NCBI RefSeq assembly: GCF_018977255.1 | Contig: NW_024704744.1 | Span: forward strand, 67,890,001 to 67,954,000 | DNA from: Callorhinchus milii | Lineage: Eukaryota | Direction of reading: 5' to 3' | DNA: 64,000 nt | Shown here: in pieces, positions 50,152 through 59,982 of the stretch | Numbering within the stretch: the first letter of the stretch is position 1 | Layout: each line of letters starts with the position of its first letter | Made by a program: the position numbers and the translations under genes | The notes under the pieces: generated by a model | Database searches by the model: none | What the model saw: the letters and a program-made list of their open reading frames with translations, nothing else | What the model was told of the DNA's origin: nothing

Positions 50152-51614
50152 TCATTATATAAGTATGACAAGGACATTAAGATGGCCATACACTTGTAAA
50201 CAGCAAATTGTTGTGTTAATGTTTTTGGTGGGTGGGCGGGGGGGGGGGGACTTCACTTGTCAACTCTGAGATATGGTAAAGCACATTTTAATGATGCACA
50301 ATAGAGGAAGCGCTTTATTCTGCCTACCTTCCCTTGTTCAATGAAACAGAATCACACAAAATAAGCCAGCAGCAAAGTTGTCTTATTTTCAAGCATGTTA
50401 TACTGTTATTTGGTCATATAAATAGTCTAATTGCGGTTTGGTGACACATGAATGTCTTGATGTGATACATTTGCCACAGTCGGTCTCCAAATACCCTATC
50501 AAAGCAGGTTATTTTGGCTTTTATGACTTGAGAAACACCAAGAATTGTAACGTTAAAGGGGTATCAGAATTGGGCATCTTAAGGATGTTCTGAGGGCCCA
50601 GTGAATTCTAATTCAAATGTCGTTCTGGTGAATATGAGGCACTCTAGAAAGCAGAATCAGAACAAAATTGTTGTCTCAAAAGTATTCAAAAAAAGCCTAT
50701 TTGTCATTGCTATGATTGGAGGCAAATTTCCACACTTTGTCTCATATACCCCATAATTGCTGGTATATGAAATGTCTCTGTGCTAAAAGGAACGTCCATA
50801 AGCATAGTTTTGAGAATATGCAGTTATTTATTCATCTTCACCACTTGAAGTTTCCTCTAAGAACATGAAACCTGTCAGAATCAACAGATCCTGATTATGC
50901 AACCTCTGCTTGGTTGCATATAGAATACACAACAAATAAAAACTGCTAAGAACAATTCATTTTCGCCTGTGAATAATACTTTGCAAACAACTAAGTTATG
51001 TAAAGCAGTCCGCCCCCGAATACTTCTAATGTGGGAGTGTAACCTTTCCAAAGAATTCTGCTTGCACATCCTCGTCTGACTCCAGGCAATGTCTTTGAAG
51101 CTTCTGTACAAAAGAAAATACATCTCTGGTGGAGGAAGTTCATGAAATGCTAGGGCTTTGCAAACATTTTAGAGTGCAGCAAATTGATGGCCAATTGCTC
51201 CTGATTGCTTGCTACCCAACTATTAAGTTAGGACATAAGCTGGGCCAATAGAAAATTGCAGAAATATTTACCAAAAGGCTTTGGACAAATTTTGTGGAAA
51301 ATTGATACTTCACACTGAAGGTTGATTGATGCTATTGAGAGATGCATTTTGTGAAACAACCCGGATTAAAACTATAGAGATATATTTCCTGAAAATGTTG
51401 TTACGTTTAAAATATTAAGATGTTAATTTGAATAGTACACTATCTCCCACCAGCACTGAACGCCCAAGTGTTGTTGTACAGCACTTACCAAGTATTCATC
51501 GCAGTAACTCAGTTTAGGCCGGGTGTCGAGCAAATAGACAGCAGTAGTGTCCACAGCTGCTATTTCTATCAAGGTTCACTCACTAGCGAGCGAGGCCAAT
51601 TTCCTGCTCGCGCT

Positions 51615-51981
51615 GCAAACCCAAAACTCCCAACACACATGTGCGCGACTGGAGCTGCTCCACCCACAGTAGCAGTATCAAACAAACAGCATGCGGAGGC
51701 CTGGGGCTTAGCATACTGCGCGTACAGATTTGTAACAGAAGAGAGCGTTTCTAGCAGATACCGCAGAAAAAGTGCAGCTGCACTTTTCCATTGGCCCAGG
51801 ATATAGGTACTATATGCTGGTGCAAAGCCAGCTAAATAGCAAGAACACTCTACTGTCTTTTTCTAGTGACTTCCAGGTTCTGAATCGACTGACTTTTTAA
51901 AAAAAAATCTTTTTAAGGTTTACGGTGAGGTAGATGCCAACATTTTCATGCGCACATGTGTGTTGGGAGTTTTGGGTTTGC
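51615..51981. repeat. Foldback / MITE-like element with perfect 32-bp inverted repeats
   Basis: gcaaacccaaaactcccaacacacatgtgcgc (51615-51646) and its exact reverse complement (51950-51981); near-central 20-bp palindrome at 51768-51787. Confidence 0.85.
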
Positions 51982-52062
51982 TTGGAGTTGAAAGGGGCCT
52001 TTCCCATATTGAATCTAGAGAGCACTTAACAGGGAAGTCTGAGCTTAATAAATGATTTAATA

Positions 52063-52212
52063 AATAATAATCCTTATACTTTATGTAGCACCTTGTATCG
52101 TTCAGATGTCTCAAAGCACTTCACAGGATATACTATAAAGTAGATTGACTGTATTTTGTGGGCGAAATGTGGCAGTCACACGTGCACAGCAATATCTCAC
52201 AAAGTACCATGG
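52063..52212 (-). mobile_element. SINE 3' fragment
   Basis: aataataatcctt...tctcaaagcacttcacag...gtgggcgaaatgtggcag. Confidence 0.8.
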
Positions 52213-53064
52213 AGGCCAAAACAATAAAAGATTTTACTCCTTTATTTCCCCCAAAAGGTTTCTAATGAATCATAAAACCTCCACTCTCCACATGGTCTTC
52301 GAAATGTGACGTTTTAGTATGGAAATACTGTCACATGTTGCAGAGGAGATAAGTGGGAAAAGACTTAATACCCTTGCTAGCTGTTCCACTGTGGTATTCA
52401 AGCATAAAATGAAAATGCTAATTTATGATCAGCTGGCTGCTCCTGTAAATGTGTGAGGGAGGTGACAACTCAGTATGCGGGGTTAATTTTCATGTATTTC
52501 TAGGAGCAGCAAGATTCCAATGGAACCTCTTAAAGGGAAGCAATGGTACAGTACTAACTTATTAAACCTGTAGACCATATGCTCCATCTTTGACAGCGAG
52601 TCACCGCCACTTTGGCAATTTACTTACTGCCAAATGTTCAAGAGGAGGTGAGCCGCAGTGAACTGTGCTGGAACAGTGAAAATGACAACTGCACAACATA
52701 AACATTGAATTTCCTCCTAACTTGTAGGACATACAACTCGTAGATAGTATTGGATATGTTGAACAGGCCATTTCAAGTATTGTTAAGCAGCTGGTTACCC
52801 AACAAGCTCTTGACATTAAAAATCAACCTTTCAATTTTGATGTTCTGCACATTCTAAGCAGGGAGTATAAATTTGGCTTCCTTGCCAGAGGAGAAGCACA
52901 TCTCTCAAGACATGAAGGTAGTATTAACATCTGTTAGACAATGAAGAACTCTGAACTCTGGCTGATTAATGTTCTCTTATTTACAGGGAGAATTACATTA
53001 TTTAATGACCCTACTTTTGAAATAGATTGTATGTTGCTCTAAACCTAATCTTTTTTTCTTCCAG

Positions 53065-53115
53065 CAAAGATGTCAAGAAAACTAAGTTTGCCAACTGAAC
53101 TGAAGCCAGATTTAG
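53065..53115 (+). CDS. STXBP5: STXBP5 cassette exon (m/b-tomosyn-type), 51 nt
   Basis: ttcttccag|CA AAG...TTA G|gttagt; AKMSRKLSLPTELKPDL; phase 1-1. Confidence 0.95.
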
Positions 53116-53639
53116 GTTAGTAATGCATTTTACTGCAACCAGTATTGAAATATACTTTTAATATTTTTGCATGTCTAGAAATAATAAATATTGTCGAGGT
53201 TCAAATACTTTGATACAGTTTACTAAATTTTCTTCCCTTCCCATTACTGCTGCAAGCTGGATGTCTATGAACTTCCCACTCTAGTAATTAAAAAGTGCAG
53301 TGCTTAACAATTTGTTGTATACAAAATCAGATTAAATTATACTGGTCTTTGTACATTTTTGTATTAAAATTAAAGTAAAACTAGTTTATTTACCAAAATG
53401 AGCTCAACGAAGAGTACAGTATCAATGCTTAGTGTGTAATTATTCTTTTCTATGCATTTCTTTGTTGTCTATCTTGGTTGTTTCTTCTTTGTAGATTTGA
53501 TTTTGACCTTTGTAAATTTTCATTTAGAAAAATATATTGAAGAATTTATTAAGTGGCAGAGTTAACTGTTTAAAGAAGAAAGGTGGAGACAATAGGGAGA
53601 GGCAGAAAATTGGGAAGAATGGAGTAAATGAAATGTGTG

Positions 53640-55090
53640 AAGAAGACACTGAAAACTTACTAAAAATAGAGGAGAACCAAGAAGCTAATGTTAGTGAGCA
53701 ACTTAGGGAAATTAACATCAGTAAAGTGTCAGTACTAGGGAAACAAAATTAGTACTATTGGGATTGAAAAATGACAATTCCCCTGGACCTGATGGCCTGC
53801 ATTCTTGGGTTTTAAAAGAGGTGGCTGCTGAGATAGTGGATGCCTTGTTTTTGATCTTCCAAAATTCTCTGGATTCTGGAACGGTTCCCATTGATTGGAA
53901 GATCGCAAACTTAACACCACTATGTAAGAAGGGTGGGAGAGAGAAGATGGGGAACTAGAGACCAGTCAGTCTGACATCAGTGGTAGGGAAAATTCTAGAA
54001 TCCTTAATTAGGGACATCGTAGTGGGATACTTAGAAAATCGTAACATGATTAGGTGAGTCAACATGGCTTTACAAAAGGAAGTCATTCTTAACAATCTTT
54101 TAGAGTTCTTTGAGGATGTAACTAGCAGGTTAGATAGGGGGAAACCAGTAGATGTAGATATTTAGATTTTTAGAAGGCATTCGAAAAGGTGCCACATAAA
54201 AGGCTGCTACACAAGATTAGCACCCATGGAATTAAAGGAAATATATTAGCATGGATCGTAGAATGGCTAACGGGAAGAAAACAGAGAGTAGGGATAAACG
54301 GGTCCTTCATAGATTGGCAGAATGTGACTAGTGGAGTGCCGCAAGGATCAGTGCTTGGGCCTCAACTATTTACAATCTGTATCAATGATCTAGACAAGGA
54401 CATAGAACTTAAATTATCTAAATTCATGGATGATACTAAGCTAGGTGGGAGAGTCAGCTCTGAGGATGACACCAAAAGATTGCAAAGGGATATAGATAGG
54501 CTAGGTGAGTGGGCAAGAAGGTGGCAGATGGAATATAATGGAGAAGTGTGACGTTATTCACCTAGGTAGTAAAAACAGAAAAGCAGGTTATTTTCTAGAG
54601 GGCGAGAGACTAGATGGTGTTAGAGTTCAGAGGGATTTGAGTGTCCTTGTACACCAGAAAGTAAGTATGCAGGTACAGTAAGCAACTAGGAAGGCTAATG
54701 GCATGTTGGCGTTTATTGCAAAAGGGTTAGAATACAAGAGTAGGGAAGTCTTGGTGCAACTGTATAGGGCCTTGGTGAGACCGCACCTAGAATATTGTGT
54801 CCAGTTTTGGTGTCCTTATTTAAGAAAGGACATACTCGCCTTAGAGTGGGTGCAGCGTAGATTCACTAGATTAGTTCCTGAGATGAGGGGTTACCTATGA
54901 GGATAGGTTGAGTAAACTAGGCCAATATTCTCTAGAATATAGAAGAATTAGAGGTGATCTTACAGAAACATATAAAATTCTTATGGGACTTGACAGAGTA
55001 GACAGTGTGAGACTGTTTCCCCTGGTTGGAGAATCTAGAACTAGGGGTCACAGTCTTAAGATTAAGGGACAGCCCTTTCGAACAGAGTTA
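53640..55090 (+). mobile_element. CR1 LINE ORF2 (reverse transcriptase) pseudogene fragment
   Basis: SPGPDGLH...WKIANLTPL.KKG...N*RPVSLTS; VPHKRLL; SGVPQGSVLGPQLF; FMDDTKL; [11 protein letters not shown]; SRTRGHSLK; several stops and frameshifts, no 3'UTR. Confidence 0.95.
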
Positions 55091-55224
55091 AAGGTGAGTG
55101 AAGAAAGTATAGAAGGGAAGGTCATCAAAATAGTATTGAACAATATCTTTAAAGCTATGTGCTCCATAATCAAATTTATGCAAAATACAGTTTACTGAAT
55201 AAATTGAGATTTGTAACGTTACCG

Positions 55225-56340
55225 CCTTTCAACTCAACCTTCAAGGTTCTGTCCTGAATGGTTCAGGTTTCCCTTTCACACCACTTACAATTTGTCTCCG
55301 CCAATGGTTTCTCTTCCAGCCCCCGCACAGTCTCATGTGGTTTTCCTCAGGACTCTGTCCTTGGTCCCCTCCTCTTCAACCACTACATGTTGGTGATATT
55401 ATCCATAGATACGGGGTCAACTTCCACATGTATGGAGATGACACCCAACTCTATCTCTGCCTCCACCCTCGATTCCAGGACAACTGGCGTCCTGACAGAC
55501 TGTCCTGTCACACATAAAGTCCTGGATGAGAGTCAACTTTCTACAGCTGATTGTCAGCACCTCAGGCACTGGCAGCATCAGCATCCACGGTTGCACACCT
55601 CACCAAGCCAGTTAGGAATTCGGACATCTTGTTCAACCCACAATTATCCTTTCTCCCCCATATCCGTGCCATGACCTGCTCTACCTTCCCCCACCTCCGC
55701 CATGTTACCTGACTCCGCCCTTGCCTCACCCTTCAGGCCGCCGAAACCCTCAACACACATTCATCACCTCAAGGATCGATTATGGAAACTCCCTGCTTGT
55801 CGGCTTCCCCAACTCTTCCCTCCACAAGTTACTGATCATCCAGAACTCTGGAGCTCGTGTCCTCTCCTGTACCAGGCTCCGTGACCCCATCACCCCCACC
55901 CTCGCCCGGTTCCACTGGCTCCCCATCCCTCAGAGAATAGAGTTTAAAATCTTGTTCTCACTTTCAAGGCCCTCCATGGCCTTGCCTCCTCCTACATCTC
56001 TGACCTGCTAACCCCCTATCAACCTGTCCGCTCCCTCGCTCAGCAGGCTCCAGCCTGCTCCAGGTCTCCACATATATTGCCCACCCTACCATCAGCGGCC
56101 AGGCTTTCAGCCTCTCTGCCCACATTCTTTGGAACTCCATCCCACAGCCCTTTGCCTTGCTTCTCTTGCCTCCTTCAAGGCACGATTCAAGAGCCTCCTT
56201 TTCGACCGTGCCTTCAGCCGCCTTCCTACCTCCCCTGCCCTCCCTCATCCCAACCCTGCCCTTCATGCTGGGATCCTGATCCCTGACTGTTCAGCGCCTT
56301 GGGACGTCCTCCCAACCTAAAAGGCACTTTACAAATGTAC
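55225..56340 (+). mobile_element. L2 LINE 3' portion (RT to tail), frameshifted
   Basis: CGFPQDSVLGPLLF, HMYGDDTQLY, FITSRIDYGNSLL, PITPTLARFHWLPIPQRIEFK; tail gggacgtcctcccaacctaaaaggcac. Confidence 0.93.
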
Positions 56341-56604
56341 TATTTTTAAGCAGTTAATTAGTTGTATCACTGCCTTTTATTCTCCCCTTTATCTGCCAGT
56401 GACCCAGCTTTGAACCAAGGCAAAGAATCAAAGTTAAAATCAATACTCTACGAGAAAAAAATTAAATGGCTTCATATTTCTTTTCTAGTGGGCTATTAAT
56501 TTTAGTGGGACCCTGCCTTGCCGTTGAGAAAATCTAAAATGGCTTTAAGTGTATTTTAAATTGATTCTTAGCGTATTCTCTATAGCTCTCCAGTTTTATT
56601 TTTG

Positions 56605-56820
56605 TAGAATCATAGAAATTTACAGGGTAGCGGGAGGTCATTCAGCCCATCAAGTCTGCAGTTGCTCTAATACCAAGGTGACCATTCAACCTCACTGTTC
56701 TACTCTCATCTCATATTCCTTCTGACCTTTATCTTTCATATACCTGTCTACTTCCCTCTTGAAACCAACATTGGTTTCTACTTACTATGCCACCTTACTT
56801 GGCATGGCATTCCACATCAG
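56605..56820 (-). mobile_element. CR1 3' end fragment; a similar one lies at 57775-57890 (-)
   Basis: tagaatcatagaaatttacag...ggtcattcagcccatc...ggcattccacatc. Confidence 0.7.
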
Positions 56821-57134
56821 TAACATAGGTTAGGATTAGGACTTTTCACAGCATTTTTATTATTACATTTTCAAGTGCCATTACAGACACTTTGCATTTA
56901 AATAGAAATATGCATCTCTTTTTATTTCATAAAATAACCATGAAGCACATGTTAAAATATGAGCAAGTTATATCCCAATTCAACTGTAATAATACAAATA
57001 ATGGAAATGTTACTCTAGTGGAAGCAATTTCACAATTCTGTGTCTAATTAATTCCAAATATATTATGCTGCCAATATGTTTGTGTACCTTGGTGTATTTC
57101 AGTGATTGACTTACTTTTACCATTTCAAAATTAG

Positions 57135-57374
57135 ATGTGAGAGACAACTCATTCAGCCGTTCCCGCAGTTCCAGTGTTACAAGTATCGACAAGGAGTCCC
57201 GAGAGGCTATCACAGCTCTTCACTTCTGTGACACTTACACTCGAAAGGCAGATGCTAGCACTTCGCCTTGTTTATGGGTTGGGACGACACTGGGCACTGT
57301 ACTGGTTATTGTACTGAATCTGCCCCCTGGAGGAGACCAGAGACTCACTCAGCCTGTCATTGTGTCTCCCAGTG
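57135..57374 (+). CDS. STXBP5: STXBP5 coding exon, 240 nt
   Basis: attag|AT GTG AGA...AGT G|gtaaga; DVRDNSFSRSRSSSVTSIDKESREAITALHF...QPVIVSPS; phase 1-1. Confidence 0.96.
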
Positions 57375-58964
57375 GTAAGAGACTTCATAATACAATAGCA
57401 ATTCTCTGTATTCAACCATTGAGAGTGATGCAAAGGATATTCGGGTATTATCTTTTTTGCATGCCTATATTTTAAAGGAATCCTAAATACAAGGAATGGT
57501 AAATGGAACATTAGTTTATTAAGACAGAATTACAGCAGAAAAAGTTACTAGTCCACTATAATAATAATAATCCCTGCATTTGGTAAAGCTCTTTATTGTC
57601 CAGAGTTCTCAAAGCACTTCACAGGATATACTGTAACTGGCATCATTTTATTTTAAGTTCATTTTAGGAATTTACCTTCAAATGGGGCATTTATTCATTG
57701 AGGTTTAGAGAAGATTACCAAAACATATGCAGATGTAAGAAGTTTGTTTTGTCTTGAACGATGAGCCCAGACAAGAACCATAGAAATTTATGGCAAAGAG
57801 GCCACTTGGTCTATTGTGTCTGTGCCGGCCACTTCAAGAGCAATCCTTTCAGTCCTACTTGCTATCTTCATACACCTATAGCTGTGTTTTTTTTAGGATA
57901 TCCCTTGAAGATTAAAGGACATGAAGCTAAACCAGTGTAGACTAGAAATTAGAAAACATGCCCTGACAGAACTTTGTGAGAATCTGCCCTAGAAGGTAGT
58001 AGATTGGGATGCTTAAAAGAAGACTTAGGAAGCTAAGTTATTAAAGAATTTGGACAAAAGACAAATGGAATGAAAATATTTGCCATAATCTAATGAAGTG
58101 ATGGAATAGACCTTCTGTTTCTCCAAATGTATTGCATGTGCAAAGTATAGATTCACACATGCACACAAATTGTATAGACACACAGTATTGAATATAGGGA
58201 GCAGATTTCCAATTAAAATCGTTTATACGTGGCAATGAAGTCCTTGAAAAAATGAATTGCAACAGAATTAGTGGTTATAAAGGGTGAGGTGCAGATGAAG
58301 ATGAATGATACTGCAAGTGATGCAATAAGTTTTATACTGCTCGAACCAAGGAAGGGCTAATTTCTGTGGTGCATAGCATGTTAGGATGGAATAGTGGAGA
58401 GGGATGAATATTCTGGAGTTATTTCTCTGGAATCGACGAGGCTCAATGCAAATCTTTACAAGACTGAATGACACATGGAAGGAGCAGATTTAATGAAACT
58501 ATCCATTTCATTATCCCAAGCTTTGTTCTGCTAACCATTTGTTTTGCAAATATCTGGAAGTTACAGATGCTATTGATTGTGTAATTAACAGCCAATGAAA
58601 AGGTTCCAGGTGATTTAGTAATGCTTTACACTGGTTAGTAATGACATGATACATGATTAATCTAACCTGCAAATTTTGCATATGGGTTTTTCAACCAACT
58701 TGCACACAAGACTCTACTCTCCCTTTATGGCCAGTGAGATGATCGGTTTTCCCGACAAGACCGCTTTCTGTGGTGAAGTACAAGAAGTCGGCCATGAGAA
58801 CTGAAGCCTTCAGCTGCCAGACTACCGACTTTTTAAAATCAACATTGCTCACTACAAAAGCCATCATCCTGCTAATCTTCAGATGAAAACTAGATGTACA
58901 ACACTGCGGAAATGATTCCCACATTGTTCAGTAACAAACCAGTTTTTTTCCCCAGTTAAAAGGT

Positions 58965-59210
58965 AACAGGCTGACTAATTGGTAACCCACTCACCTCTGA
59001 GTCAGTAGGTTGTGGGTTCAAGCTCCACACTGACTTTGAACTCATCGTCTGATGCAGTGCTGGGGGAGCCGTCGTTGCACTGTTGGAGTTGCCCTCCTTC
59101 AGATGTGACACAAAACCGAGGTTCCTTCTGCCTACTTAGGTGAATGTTATAGATCCCATGGCGCTGCTTGAAAAGAGCAGGGAATTTCTCCCAGTAGCCC
59201 GACCAATGTA
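58965..59210 (+). mobile_element. Deu-domain SINE
   Basis: ctcacctctgagtcagtaggttgtgggttcaagc...gcactgttggag...aaaccgagg...gatcccatggc...aagagcaggg. Confidence 0.8.
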
Positions 59211-59407
59211 AAAGATGTAAATGTAGCAGATGTAAATGTAAAATGCTCCTATAAAATACCTAGTTCAGACAAATTGCGTTAGGAGTTAGAATTAAGTCAG
59301 ATGTTTGTGAAATAGAAATATTAAAAGATGTGACAAGAAGACAGCAAATTGGGATTAGAGGAAGTAACCATTCCTGGAGCCATGCAGAGTCTATGGTGGT
59401 GCTAGAC

Positions 59408-59500
59408 TTGTGCGCAATTGGCTGGCGCGTTTCACCCGAAAAATACACAGTCATCCATTTTACAGTATATTCTGTGAAGCACTTTGAGACGTCTCAACGA
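59408..59500 (+). mobile_element. SINE 3' fragment; further tail copies at 6726(-), 31905(+), 33400(+), 57559(-) and 61730(+)
   Basis: tgtgcgcaattggctg...tattctgtgaagcactttgagacgtctc. Confidence 0.8.
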
Positions 59501-59612
59501 TCTTCTATTACCTACTCATAGAAATCCAGTTTGGCATTGTTATGTAACATTGTACCATGTGGTACAGTTCAGTCTAGTTTCACAGTATGTTTTATGTGTT
59601 TGTCTTACACAG

Positions 59613-59982
59613 GGACCATCTTGAAATTAAAAGGAGCAATTTTGCGAATGGCATTTCTGGATACCACGGGAAGCCTCATTCATCCAGCACATGAACCCTG
59701 GCGAGAACCAAATGTACAGGAAGATAAAGATGACAAAGATAAATGTAGGAAAAGGAGACCGGTGTCAGTTTCTCCCTCATCCTCTCAGGAGATAAGTGAA
59801 AATCAATACGCAGTGATCTGTTCAGAGAAACAGGCCAAGGTTATCTCACTGCCATCCCAAAACTATATTTATAAACACAATATAACTGAAACATCATTTG
59901 TTCTCCGTGCTGATGTGGTGGGACTGAATGGGAGCATCTGCCTCGCTTGCTTCTGTGCCAATGGACATATCATGACTTTCAG
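59613..59982 (+). CDS. STXBP5: STXBP5 coding exon, 370 nt
   Basis: ttacacag|GG ACC...TTC AG|gtaaca; GTILKLKGAILRMAFLD...RRPVSVSPSSSQEISENQYAVICSEKQAKV...CANGHIMTF; phase 1-2. Confidence 0.96.
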
